Assembly: GCA_035221665.1 (NCBI GenBank)
Contig: CM069135.1
Span: forward strand, 89,962,001-90,026,000
Source of the DNA: Okamejei kenojei
Lineage: Eukaryota
Length of the DNA: 64,000 bases
Direction of reading: 5' to 3'
Below are positions 1-12,500 of this stretch, one piece after another (positions within the stretch are counted from its first letter, which is position 1; every line of letters starts with the position of its first letter). The notes under the pieces were generated by a model. That model was given only the letters and a program-made list of their open reading frames with translations, ran no database searches and was not told the origin of the DNA. The position numbers and the translations under genes are program-made.

Positions 1-129
1 ACTTGTGAACTTATGAACTTATGAGTAAGTTAATACAAGACCCTCCTCCCTCTGTATCAGAAATGTGCTGTCCATCTCCACAGTGTCATGAATTATTATA
101 TCTTTAATGCCCTTTACATTTTTTTAATG

Positions 130-420
130 GATGAACGTCTTATTGCCCATCCAAAATTTTTATAAAAGCTTGGCGTTGGCCATACTTTTTAAACTGCTTA
201 TGGTGATGATGCTCAGGTAATGATATTGGATTCAAGCACCCTGACAGAGAGACAAGGAACCAATAACAAAAGTGCCCAAGTCAGGACACTCTGTGACTTG
301 GAAGGGTTTTGCTGCAATGCTGTTAGTGATTTTCTGCACAGCAATCTGTTGATCAGTGACTCGAAAACTGGACAAATGAACTGCTCCATTGTCAATGGTG
401 TTAACTAAGTTGAATGTATC
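130..420 (-). mobile_element. Old, highly diverged LINE 3' fragment (L2/CR1-like elasmobranch family)
   Basis: Degenerate reverse-complement match to the 3' end seen at 34960-35375 (ttattgcccatcc...gtcaggacactctgtgacttggaaggg). No intact ORF. Confidence 0.4.
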
Positions 421-504
421 TGTCACTGTGTCCATTCTGTCACATGGTCAGTAGTATATGGCTTATGTTTCCAAATGGTGAAGCTTTAACAGTTTCTGAA
501 CAAA

Positions 505-835
505 TAAGGTAGATGCACCGAGACATTTACTCAGATTAGGGGAATCAGCAACCAGAGGACATAGGTTTAAGGTGAGAGGGGAAAGATTTAATAGGAACCT
601 GAGAGGCAGATTTTTCACACAGAGGGTGGTGGGATATGGAGTGAGCTGCCAGAGGGGTAGTAGAGACAGGTACTGTAACATCATTTAAAATACATTTGGA
701 CAGGTACATGGCTACGAAAGGTTTAGAGGGGTATAGGCCAAACGCTGCAGCTGGGACTAGTGTAGATGGGACATCTTGGTCAGCATGGGCAAGTTGGGCT
801 GAAAGGCCTGTTTCCATGATGTATGACTATGACTT
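505..835 (+). mobile_element. CR1-clade (HER1-like) LINE 3' fragment
   Basis: Remnant of the RT C-terminus (GES.TRGHRFKVRGERFNRNLRG.FFTQRVVG.W..LPE.VVE), then a 3'UTR ending gggctgaaaggcctgtttccatgatgtatgactatgact. Confidence 0.85.
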
Positions 836-879
836 GTGAGTTGTGTGAAAAACAGAAGAACACCTCAGACTATGCTCAT

Positions 880-1075
880 TTATTGTGTGATTATCTGAAC
901 AACTACACATTGTTTACCCATTGATTAAAGCATTGTAATTTGCTGGATGAATGCAAAATAACTACTGTGCTTCCTTCACTATGATAGTGACTACACTACA
1001 AAAATACTTCATTGACTCTAAGCATTTTGGAAAATGCTGAGTTCTTAAAATAAAAAATATGTTGCTTTCTTTTAA
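880..1075 (+). mobile_element. Degenerate 3' part of a Deu-domain SINE (SacSINE1/AmnSINE1-like)
   Basis: agtgactacactacaaaaatacttcattgactctaagcattttgg...ctttctttt resembles the DeuSINE 3' tail as I recall it. Confidence 0.5.
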
Positions 1076-1094
1076 ACATAAATTTACCCACTAC

Positions 1095-1160
1095 TTAGTT
1101 TAGTTTATTGTCACGTGTACCGAGGTACAGTGAATGTTTTTGTTGCATGCTAACCAGCGT
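1095..1160 (-). mobile_element. Short LINE 3' tail (Rex1/L2-type stem-loop end)
   Basis: (tttag)n followed by tttattgtcacgtgtaccgaggtacagtgaa. Related copies at about 6220, 31920, 37530, 57405 and 63840. Confidence 0.6.
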
Positions 1161-1430
1161 GCTGATAAACTTGTCAATTTAAGTCTGTACTCTAATATCA
1201 AAATGAGAAAATGTATAGCATGAAAGGATGACATTTATCCATCATGTACAGCTAAGTTGCTTTTCGGGCTTTGTGTTGTTTACAAAGAGCTGTCTTATTA
1301 TAGAATAAGTCACAACTAGAAATGTACATATTGGCATTATCAGCAACCTCCCCGTTCTTTTCCTTAATAACAGAAGGAAGATCATTGATCATTGATGAAG
1401 CATTGATGATCATAGAGGCGCAACATCATA

Positions 1431-1747
1431 GGTGGCAAAGCAGAACAGTTGGTGGTGCCACTGCCTCACTGTGCCAGAGAATCAGGATCGATCCTTGACC
1501 TTGAGTGCTATCTGCGTGGAGTTTGCATGTTCTCCCTGTAACCACACGGGTTTCCTAGGATGTTCTGGTTTCCTCTCACCAGCCAATGATGTGTGGATTG
1601 GTAGGTTGATTCGCCTCGGTAAATTGCTCCTACTGTGGGAGTGGATGTGAAAGTGGGATAACATAAAACTAGTGTGAATGGGTGCTCCATGGTTGGAGTG
1701 AGCCAAAGAGCCCGTTTCCATGCTGCATCATTCAATTCAATTCAATT
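1431..1747 (+). mobile_element. tRNA-derived V-SINE (HE1-like)
   Basis: tRNA-like head with A/B boxes, V-domain core (gtggagtttgcatgttctccctgt...ggtttcct), LINE-derived 3' end and (ttcaa)n tail. Confidence 0.85.
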
Positions 1748-1909
1748 TAAATTAAGCTGATGATGGTCTTTCCTTGAGAAATAATCACACACCTGCAAAG
1801 ATTATGTATGTTCACCTGTAATGTGCTCTGGAGCTCCATTCCTCCATCTTGCCCTATCTTCATGTACATAATAATTCTCAGCAACATCAGGTCAGTTATT
1901 CGATACATT

Positions 1910-2045
1910 GTCCGAAGAAGTGTTCCGACCTGAAACATCACCTATTCCTTTTCTCCAGAGGTGTCGACTGACCCACCTGAGTTACTCCAGCATTTGGTTT
2001 CTATATTCAGTACTAACCAGCACCTGCCGTTCCTTCCTACACATT
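1910..2045 (+). mobile_element. Penelope-like terminal segment with a degenerate hammerhead
   Basis: ccgaagaagtgttccgacctgaaacatcacc...gagttactccagcattt...cagcacctgccgttccttcctacac. Same family as 22081. Confidence 0.7.
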
Positions 2046-2574
2046 TTGCCGCTCCATTACTCCCCAGTTGTCCGCAGTGTGTATATGCGCGGGCATCAGT
2101 GGTCAGCAAGGACTTGATGGGCCAAAGGGCCTGTCACCACGATGTATCTCTAAACTAAACTAGGGCTTCTTGTACAGAGTTCATATGTGGGAATGAGGAA
2201 GGTCAGTGAACATACCGTGATTTACACAATTTGTGCCTATTCATTTTAACTCATAATAAGCATTTCCGGTGCAAGATGTTTTGCAACAAGAATGCTAAAT
2301 TATGCAACGTTTTCCCCACACTTTTATTTATTTAATGCCATTGTTTGACTGGGAACACAGAGACTAGAACAGTACAGCACATGAAAAGGCCCTTCAACAC
2401 ACAATGTCCACGACGAACATGAAGCCAGGTTAAACTAATCTCCTCTGCCTGCACCTGATCCATATTTCCTTCAGTTCAGGATGTGAAAAATTGACACCAC
2501 CTTCAGCATGGTGGCCAAGTACAAGCCCAAACTTAGCCAAATTGGTGAATTTGCACTTGTACAACATTCTTGTC

Positions 2575-2960
2575 TGAATTTGAATTTAATAGTTTCTTAA
2601 GTTCAGAATTTATAAGAGCAGAATTATGTGATTCGGCCCATCAAGTCTACTCCACCATTTTATCATGGCTGATCTATCTTTCCCTCTCAACCGCATTCTT
2701 CTGCCTTCCCTCCATAACCCATGACACCCTTATTAAGAATCTGTCAAACTGCGCCTTAAAAATATCCAATGACTTGGCCTCCACAGTCGTCTGTGGCAAT
2801 GAATTCCACAGATTCACCACCTTCTGAATAAAGAAATTCCTCCTCATTTCCTTTTGAAAGGTACGTTCTTTTATTCTGAAGCTATGGCCTCTGGTCCTAA
2901 ACTCTCCCATTAGTGGAAACCTCCTCGCCACATCCACTCTATCTAGGCCTTTCACTATAT
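2575..2960 (-). mobile_element. CR1-clade LINE 3' fragment
   Basis: ORF 2674..2955 gives KGLDRVDV.R.FPLMGE.RTRGHS.RIK...F.KEMRRNFF.QKVVNLWNSLPQ..VEAKSLDIFKA..DRFL. Confidence 0.9.
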
Positions 2961-3119
2961 GGCCCTATAATCATATTCACTGATATGATTTCATTGTTAA
3001 GATGGCATTTAAGCCTCCCTAAAATATTATCTACCTAAAGACCAATAGGTCATCTTTGCTTTGAAATCCTAATAGTACCTTAGACACGTTAAGAATGCCT
3101 TTGTCAATATTTCAAAGGA

Positions 3120-3575
3120 CATAAAGTTCTGGAGTAACTCAGCAGGTCAGGCAGCATCTCCGGAGGACATAAATAGGTGATGCTTCCATTCAGGACCCTT
3201 CTTCTGATGGTTGAAGTAGGGGAGAGAAAGCTGGACGAAGCCAGGGTGGATGGGTGGATACAGGTGAGGGGTATGGGGGTTTGATTGGCAGATGGTTGGA
3301 CAAAGGCTATGAGCTAAGAAGAGAAGAGACATGAAATGTGAAGTCAGAGGAAGGAAGTATATGTGGAAAGGGATGGGAGGAAAGGGAATGGGGGCTGGGG
3401 GTGAGTTTTGTGGGAAAAGTGGATGTGCATCCAGGTGGGCAACAGGGAACAGAGACAAGGATAAGGGGGGAGGGGGGGGGGATGGATGTGTTCGTTGGTT
3501 AATTATTTAAAATTGGGGAATTCAATTTACATACTGTTAGTGCATAAGCTACCTAAAAGGTATATAGACTGTTCA
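3120..3575 (-). mobile_element. Penelope-like element 3' fragment
   Basis: Minus strand gives a degenerate GIY-YIG C-terminus (EQ....LGSL..N.M.IEF.NFK*), a pyrimidine-rich 3'UTR and the pLTR terminal segment. Confidence 0.75.
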
Positions 3576-3595
3576 CCAATACTCCTTTGCTAGTC

Positions 3596-4015
3596 TGTGG
3601 TGGTGGCCCGTCGTAGAGGACGATAGCGTGGTTGTGCAGTCTCATGTCTTGTGGGATCGAGTGTGCCTAACGGGTCCGATGTGCAAACCACACAAGCGGG
3701 AACAGTGGGGGCACATGAAGGCCGCTGTTGGGGGGGGGGGGGGGGGGGTTAGGGTTGCAGTTCTTAGTGTATCTGGCACTAACAAGTCGGCTTCGGCAAT
3801 TATCTTCTAAACTGCTGACCTCCCTCCTAATGGTTGTATGCCAGCCAGTCCTGTCACTGACACAGGTTTCCAGTTCTTTTGGGGCTAGGCCTGTATGCTG
3901 GAGGTTATCCTTGATGCAGTCTTTGAACTGTTTCTTTGGGCGCCCCGGGCTCCTTTGACCCTGTGACAATACTCCGTGAAGGAGTTGACGAGGCATGAGA
4001 GGCATGTATGTACAC
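3596..4015 (-). mobile_element. RTE-clade LINE 3' fragment
   Basis: PRQLLHGVLSQGQRSPGRPKKQFKDCIK...DRTGW, then a frameshifted terminal C2H2 finger (FMCPHCSRLCGLHIG...HTRSH*), typical of RTE/BovB C-termini. Confidence 0.85.
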
Positions 4016-6540
4016 CTGTAATATTCACAAACGTCAACCAAGTACAGGGGTCTGGCCCACATTCTCTCCCATCCCATTGTCTGTTGTTTACAATCTTCAG
4101 ATGCTCACGGGCTCCAGTACCACTCAATTTGCTAAGAATTAAATATACAAAGAATGCTCAAAATAGTATTTAAGTTCAAAAATTAAATTAAATTAAATTA
4201 AAAATTCAAAAATATAACTGTGTGCATAATAGTTTATTTTGTATTGTGAGAGACATGTTCTTGTTTTGGTGAGATTACTATGAAGAAAACAAATCAAAAT
4301 CACACTGCAACTTTAAAAAGACTATGATCTTTTTCATTGAGGATGCCAGCATACCATGTATTATGGGGCTTTTTTGCCCCTTGGATATGATTCATGCTCA
4401 TAGATTCCACCTTAACATCCCTTAATTACTTGAAACACAGTAAGTTCTGTGAGAGAAATGGGGAAGAATGTTTCTTTTAATTTTTCCAACCTTCTGTAGT
4501 CCGTTAGACATTTCGGGTCGGTGAGCTTAGCAACAGCTGAAGTTCATTTGGAAGTGAGGATGTGAGATGAACATTCTCCTTAATGATGGCTCCGGGGTCA
4601 AAGGATAGACACTCTCCTGGATCGCTCCCAAGGGCAGAAGAAAAGACGCTTTGTACAGCAACGGCTGATAGTCAAGTACATACAAGTTGGGTGGCTCTTA
4701 ACACCCGAAGCATTGCCAGAACTTTTAAACACACTGAGCTAACCGGCAAACTTTCTCTCGGATTCTCCTTCGCGAGTAGCCCCGTCGTCCTAAATGATCC
4801 CACCGTTCTCATCTGAATGTCTTGGTGCTTATACTGTTGAGTTATGGGATATGAAGACGTTTCTCTTTTGCTCTCATAGATCACTGAAGCGTTATTCCCT
4901 TGTAAGAAGCAATTCTAATATTCATGTTTTCTGAAATTCTGAGTGGGATATTCTTCATGAAACCACGTGTAGCTTACCTTGTGTCGCTATTTGTCCTGTC
5001 TTCCACTTGGACTCTTTTTCGGAGATGTTGTTTCTGTGATGAAGATCACCACCACCACTTCTTTTCACAGTGGGTTGCTTTGGCTTTATTTTGATTATAA
5101 TGGAATAAAATTACTTTTCGCCGACGCCATATTTGAGATTGGAACATGGATAACTTTTTTTGATTCGCTGCAGTTTTTGTGTTATGAAGACAGCAACCCA
5201 AAAACAGATGATCGTGTTTCCGAACTTGTGGCAGTTTTATTGGGTTGGGAGGGTCCGCAAGGAAAACATTGATGGAAGCTGCACGGGGGGGGGGGGGGGG
5301 GGGGGGGGGGGGCAAGTTGAAACGAAGGGGAAGGGGGGGGGGGCACAAACTAGTTACTAGCAGCCTGCAAACTCCCACATTCGCAGGTTGGAACAGCGAA
5401 TGGAGTGCTGTGGGTGGGGGTTCTGCGGAGTTATTAAGAATGTATTGTTTACAATACTAAACGGAGGCCGCATATTGTGGAACCCCATGCTTAGTGAAAG
5501 AGAACATTTCCAAGTCCACCAAAAGGAATAGGTTTTTAGTCGCGTTTATAAAACAACTCCAGAAATAGCCCAAAGTAAAGTGGAAGCTGCAATCCTCAGT
5601 CTCCAAGTAAGATCGCCACTGTTGTTGTTCAGCCGCTCACAAATCAAAGGGGTGAGGTTAACTTAACAAGCCTTTTTTTATGCAAGCTAATTGCATTATA
5701 ATATCTCAATGAGTGTTCACACTCTGGGTTTCATGTTTCTCTCCAAAGGTCGCTAGATCCCGTCTGAATGGCTTAAGAGGCAGGGTAGCCGCATTGGCGA
5801 AGCTTCAAGCTTAAGATAAGCATCGCCGCTGAATGACGGAAGAAGCTGTGTTTCGAGAGACGGAAATTATGTGACTGTATTAGTAGCACCGGCTCTGGTC
5901 GGATGTTCTCTCTTTGCTGCGGAGATAACTGGGGCAAGAACGCTGCTTTCACTCTGGGCCCACGGCCACTGGAACAAGCCAACGAGAATGAGAATACTGT
6001 GTGCAAGCTTCAATACATCCCCACTCATAAAAAGGGATGCAACCTAAAAATATATATGTTGTGAAATCGCATATCATTGTACGGAACCTACAATGACGAA
6101 CGGCGTTTGCATCAGTGAACTTGGCCCAGCCAAATGAACTCTGCCGACTTTATTGCTCCAGACCAACAACAGCGATTTGTACCTAGAATAATGAACATTA
6201 CTAATTGTCCTCTGCCAAGAGTCACGAGTGTTTAATTGTCACATGCACCGACAGCAATGACCATTTTCTGACGTTTATTGCAGCAGCCATTAACGCTTGT
6301 AAAGTCAACTTTTAAAATTAAAAGTTGTCTTCCATTCGAAACAAAAATCCACGTACTGTTGTTATACATGTCCCTCTGTGTTAACATGTACATTGGCTGC
6401 ACTTTATGTTACTCAGTCTATTTTACCTTGTTTTTTATTCATTTAGGTGGGAGACATTGAACACGGGTTATTTCTGGTGATAGAAATTTGGCGAATATAG
6501 AGCGAGAATCATAAAGTTCCACCAGCAGCGGGACAGTGAC

Positions 6541-6678
6541 ATAGAAACATAGAAAATAGGTGCAGGAGGAGGCCATTCGGCCCTCGGAGCCAGCACCGCC
6601 ATTCATTGTGATGATGGCTGATCGTCCCCAATCAATAACCCGTGCCTGCCTTCTCCCCATATCCCTTGACTCCACTAG
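6541..6678 (-). mobile_element. Short young CR1-type LINE 3' end
   Basis: atagaaacatagaaaataggtgcaggaggaggccattcgg...ctccactag. Near-identical inverse copy at 31124-31260. Confidence 0.85.
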
Positions 6679-7064
6679 ACCAACGCTCCAAAGTGATTTA
6701 TGGGGTGCACCTTGCACTTCAATCTTTAGATTGTTTAACAGCAGTGCATGTTTCAAGTCTGCCAAGTGTTCACTAACTTAGATCATAGTCAGTAAATTAA
6801 GCTGCTTTACGACGAGGCTAAATGATGACAATTGTTTTGAACAAACGCCTGGAACTCCAAGGCTACCACCGAAGCGTGTCTGGAGAAAGTTGGAATCGCA
6901 GCAATGAAGGCACCGAAGAAGGCCATTTGGCCCATCGCCACCATGCGTGCTATATTTTGCACTGTTTTTTTTTGTGTGGGTGGTGGAGGCGGTGGTGGTG
7001 GTTGTATCTCTTCCTTTACATCCAAAAATGAGCACTGAAACGAAGCACAGATATTTAAAATGTT

Positions 7065-7188
7065 AAAGAAGGAACTGCAGATGCAGATCAGACTGAAGAA
7101 GAATTTCGGCCCGAAACGTTGCCTATCTCCTTCGCTCCATAGATGCTGCTGCATCCGCTGAGTTTCTCCAGCATTTTGTGTACCACAC
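7065..7188 (+). mobile_element. Mini-Penelope terminal insertion with a hammerhead-like core
   Basis: CTGAAGA at 7093 and GAAACGTT at 7113; stem II partly mutated. Flanked by an imperfect repeat of gatatttaaa..gtta. Confidence 0.75.
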
Positions 7189-8353
7189 GATATTTAAAGG
7201 TTAGAGATGTCACCGCGTTTCGATAATCGACAGTGTCCTTCTGCTGAGTTCAAACACAGTTATTCAGCTGCTTATGTCTACACGAGCTCATTTAATACGT
7301 TTTGTCACGTTTAATATTTAATGATTGATATTTGTGAGACTTCGGTTATGTGGGATGTTATTCGGAATTCACGATACATTCTGCCAACGGGTCTGCCCCC
7401 TCCTCCACCCTCCAGTTCAATACCACGATCTTTACGAAGTGGTTACTTTATGGGGGGTGGTGGGAGGGGGGTCTCCACGTTACAAAATATAGCATAAATA
7501 TACATCGAAACACAATTCCGCTGTAGATTAAAAGTTGGACGGAAATTCTGTCTTTTTCAGTGAGTCTCCTGTAATCCGAGGGAATTTCTGTTTACTCTTC
7601 AGTCCCGAAACACAGATTAATCAGGTTTCGTAGAGTTTGTCAATCCAATTTCCCCTGGATTTATAATTATCTGTGCATTTGGGAGCTTTGGAGAAGCGAG
7701 ACTGTGATTAATGGAATTCTATGGAGCTCAGTGCTCGCCATGTGCGCATCCCCAGGGAGAGGATCTGCCTGTCAGAGAGAGCAACACAACCCACAACTCA
7801 CTGGGATTTGGGCAATAATTATCACATGGAGAACAAGAGGGAAAACTACCTTTATCTCATGCACGGGCCGCAAATAGCACCAGGAGGGTCTCATGCACAG
7901 TGGCGGCTGTAGTACCGAAGGTATATCTCTCATTTATTACGAAATTATTCGCACGGCCAAATTTAGAACAAGTAGATGGTTAAAATGAAATGTCATAATT
8001 GAATTTCACAGATGGTAAAAAAAACACGTAATTTTTTATAACAAACATAGTTCACTTTTCGCGACTAAATTATATCCCCACAAATGCCACCACAAATAAA
8101 GCAAAAACATTACAAATGCTGTTTCCACGAGAGTCTCCGGATCTAAAACAAAAGAAAAGCTTGGAATCATATTTTGAAGAAATGTCCTTTACCGGTACAT
8201 TTATTAAACTGCACATTATCACGTGCAATATTCTTCAGTATTCACTGAATATAATTACATGAACGACACTCTGCTTTAACCCTTAGTTTTATTTTCATTG
8301 ATATCAACTGCATGTACTATGAATGGATTTACCCGGAGAGCAGATACTAAAAT

Positions 8354-8560
8354 AAGGCAGACACAAAATGCTGGAGAAAGTCAACAGGACAGGCAGCATC
8401 TCTGGAGCGAAGGAATGGGTGAGATTTCGGGTCGAGACCCTTCTTCAGACTCGAACGTCACTCATTCCTTTGTTCCAGATATGCTGCCTGTCTCGATGAG
8501 TTACTCCAACATTTTGTGTCTGTCTAGGATTAAAACTAGCATATGCAGTTCCCTCCTATC
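8354..8560. mobile_element. Inverted mini-Penelope insertion
   Basis: Two pLTR segments in inverted orientation. TSD cagatactaaaat (8341-8353) / cagatattaaaat (8561-8573). Confidence 0.8.
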
Positions 8561-9394
8561 CAGATATTAAAATTAATTGTTTTGCACCGATTAATTAATT
8601 TTAGTCGCAATTTCCAAACTTTTTTTAATTAGAAAGAAGTTTGAATTCACGTGGTCGTAATTCCAGCCAAACGCCCTGTGTTTTATTTAATGTAGCTTGA
8701 TGATGTATATAGGAAAACAACGCGTGAATATGGAGGCAATGCCGGTGCCGGCCGACGTTTTATGTTAACACGCTGCTTGTGCAGATTAATTGTAAAGAAA
8801 TGGTCTAAAACGATGTCAAGCAAATACAAAGCAAATCTTTCAGCTGGTTCTGTGTGTCAGTATCCCGCCTCGACTCTACCTCACGAACCAATCATTAGAA
8901 ATTGGTACAAAGTCCCTCTAAATCCAGCTCTTCGATTTGCTGCGATGAAAACTGTAGAAAATGTTGCTAATATCCACTGGTCTGGAAAGAGTTAATACAG
9001 GAACCTGCAACAAAAATCGCACGCAGCTTTTTCACAGGCGAGCTGTCAGTGCACAGAACTGGGAAAGTTTACAGATCCACAAAGTACGCCTTTCTTACGA
9101 ATCAGATCAGACAATTTTCCTTAAGATGTAAAAATGCACATTTTGCTCCACATTCTCCCTCGTATTCTGCAAATTTATGAGTTAATATTTTTGCGACTTG
9201 CCTCAAATATTACTTCTGGCTGGTCAAATCAAAGCATTTGACTTTATTCCACTGGCCTGCTCGTTTTGCATTTTTTTAAAGCTAAAAGCAGGAGTTATTT
9301 TTTGAAAATACTGACAGGTGTTGCAGCATTCAAACGTGCAACGTGGAAGTGATTTTTTTTTGAGGAGCATGTTAATGTGTCCAAATGAAAAATT

Positions 9395-9600
9395 GACTGA
9401 GAGCGAAACTCAGCAGGTCAGGCAGCATCTGTAAAGGGTAATGGATAGGCGACATTTCGGGTCGGGACCATTCTTCAGACTAATAGGGGTCCGACTCGAA
9501 ACATCGTCTGTCCATTTCCCTCCACAGATGCTGCCTTAGTTCATCCGTCAGTTTGTTATTTTTGATTAAGGTCCCAGCATCTGTAGTATTCTTTGTCTCC
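9395..9600. mobile_element. Inverted mini-Penelope insertion (older copy)
   Basis: actcagcaggtcaggcagcatct...tttcgggtcgggaccattcttcagac followed by the inverted gactcgaaacatcgtc...agatgctgcc. Confidence 0.75.
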
Positions 9601-12249
9601 AAGGTATTGTATCCCTTTGCACGGGTCCCGGACTGGTTGGTAGGCACACTGTTATAAACGTTTCATCCAACTGGTCAGAACTACAAACAGCGCAGAAATA
9701 AACTGAAGAAGACGACAGTAGATGTGCTCCGATATGAAGCCCTTCACATTAGTTTAGATATTTGTTTGACTCGCAGCTCTTTGTCTTTTATGATTTTATC
9801 TAAATACATTGCTAACGTTGGCCCTGAATTCAAAACGACAGATTTTCATTTGCATTATATAAAAGGATGTAATATGTATATATCATATAAAAATCCAATC
9901 ATAATTCTCGGAGGAAATCTTTCAACCTGCAGTAGTATTACATAATGTCAATATATATACTATTACTTATGCCTTATTTCTATACAATTGGCATTTATTC
10001 TCAGAGCCAGAATAACTTTAGAGGACCCACTTGAAGCAATAAAAGATATTCTCTTTTATTTGAGCTTAAAAATGAAACAATCAGGTTAACGTTAGCAATA
10101 CCCACTGAGGCCTTCTCATTGTGTATATAATAAAATAAAAAGTGACACTTGAAGGATAATTACCAAATAAATTCGGAACCCAAGTCTCTGAGTGTAGGAG
10201 GGTAGGATTGGCTAATGTTATATTAATGGCGACTGTCTCTCCCTCACACACACAAACTGACATGCGTGATGTATACACATATATTCTAAATATAAAACAA
10301 TCTGTGTGGAAATAAACCTATTGATGTTCATTATGGCTGCGTAAATAGGAACGTCCCAGTTTACACCAAGGCCAAGTCGCTGAGGGGAAATGGAACGACA
10401 AAGCTTTATTTATATCGTTTTAATGTGTTGTAATCAGCTAGACCCACCCTGCAGCTATTGGCACGAGTGCATCTTTGATCAATTTAAGTTGGCTGGTTAT
10501 ATACACGCAGCCTATAGCTGACTGCCTTTATGGTTTCCGATTCCCCATGAGAATTTAAAAAACTGACACGCGTGTCCTAATTTACTGGGGCTCAAGTTAG
10601 GGGTCATACGATTACAATATCATACCTTATCCCAGAATAGTGATATTAGATAAGCCTGTCTCAATCCAATTATACCAAGGCTGATGAATACTGCACAAAC
10701 TTAACTAAGTTACATTAAATCTATGAGATCATATATAAACTGTTCTTCAATATTAGAGTAGCATGGAAAGAAAATCATATCCATCGCTATCTGGTTCTTC
10801 TATTCGTGCAGTAATCATCTTCAGTATCTGACCTCGTTACAAATAGATAATTCAAACACATTTCCGGGGGGGGGGGAGGTTCATTTCGGCTCGCGGAGTT
10901 TTCACATTAAAAGTCAACTATCTCAAATGGTTGTAGCGTGCTTGGTAAACACATTTTTTAGAAATATATATCAGCTCTTTCGCTCAGTTCGTTTAATGAT
11001 AAGAATAAACGAAGATAGGAAGGCAAGAAAATGGCTGAATAAACTTTTTTTTTATTCCCTGATAATCGCTCTGCCCTTTGGACCTGGCTGGGATTTGCAG
11101 CCAGAGCAATATGATGTTTCCCGCTGTACACGCAGTGCGATTGAGGATCTGCGCATTCAAAGGGTGTCGTGGACGGTAGTAAAATTGACAATAAATCACT
11201 GTAAATGACATATTAAATGTGTTATTTATTGTTTTGATGCCGCAAAGAGCCGCACCATCCCAACATCTTATATAAGAATCGCTTCAGGTGGTACATAGTC
11301 ATTGAGTCGTACAAGTTGTACATTGTCCTTCGGCCCATTAAGCCCGTGCCTACCTTTTTGCTCATTTACTCTAAATCCATTTGCTCGCACTAGGTCAACG
11401 CCTTTCTATACGCTGCCTACCAACATACTTGGCTATGTTCGACATCATTTTTTTTAACCGAGAAGGAATACTCAACTAGGTTGAAAAATCTGAAGGAGTG
11501 CGGCACTAAAGGGTATTAAAGTGCATGTTCTTATTTCAAAGTCAGTTCTGATTTCAGGACCTTTCTCACATAACATTTTTCCACGCCCATATCTGGGACT
11601 TCATTTAAAAAAGACCGTGATGACAATAACTTAAAGGATATGGTGCTGAATATAAGACACGGAAATAACACGCGCGGTTACGTGACTGGTTGTAGAGGCA
11701 GTCGTCTATCAGTCAGCTTGAGTTACTTCTTTACAAATTATTCACATATACCATTGAAATGTGCGCCCTCGTCACCTAATATAAGCAAACCACATCCTTT
11801 ATGACTTAAGACCGACGTTTTGGTGGGGGGGGGGGGGGGGGGGGGGGGGCGCCTGTGTGTTGGTGGTTGTTAGCTCTTGACGGAGAGAAAGAGAAAATAA
11901 AGAAACGTGATACTACCAGAGAGGAGCACGGTGCGATGTATAAGCAGAAAGAGACGGAACAAGAGAATATGGTTAAATAAAACTGCGAGTGGAAAATGTA
12001 AAAAAGGACGTCGCACAGAAATAAAATTGATTGAAAACCGTTCCTACCATTGCCAGGGATTTTGTTTAGGAAATGTATGCGAAGTGTAGTAAAAACAAAA
12101 CATAAACTGCAGATAACGATTCAGAGTTGGGAGGGAGAGACTTTCTCAGAAATGAGAGGGACAAAGAGAAAATGAAAAGAAAGGTGGGAAATGGATAAAG
12201 AAAATTGAGACACTTCTAACTTGAAAAATAGAAACAGACCCGCAACATT

Positions 12250-12500
12250 GGGTAACAGGCGAACACGCGAGCTAGCAAGGCGAGGGGGGGAGGCGAGAGA
12301 GCGGGGAATGGGTGAATAGAGAGGCCGTCGGGGAGAGTGGGCGAGACAGAGATGAAATTGTCCTGAGACAGAAAGGCGTTCAGACTGACTGCGTGACGTC
12401 AGGCACTTGCACTCGCCCGCCGGAAAGTTTGTCTCTCCGAGCCGCACTTTCAAAGCTGCGGAATTATCTCACTTTTAAATACGTCAAGGGCCGGTAACAT
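12250..12500. promoter_or_regulatory. CpG-rich promoter/enhancer-like element
   Basis: Full CRE TGACGTCA at 12394-12401, an ETS-like ccggaa, GC-rich and CpG-dense. Function is inferred only. Confidence 0.4.

Noticed and set aside
1431-1500. tRNA-like sequences at SINE heads (also 25474, 30570, 58831, 62479)
   Set aside because: They continue into SINE core and tail sequence and lack a complete cloverleaf. Not tRNA genes.
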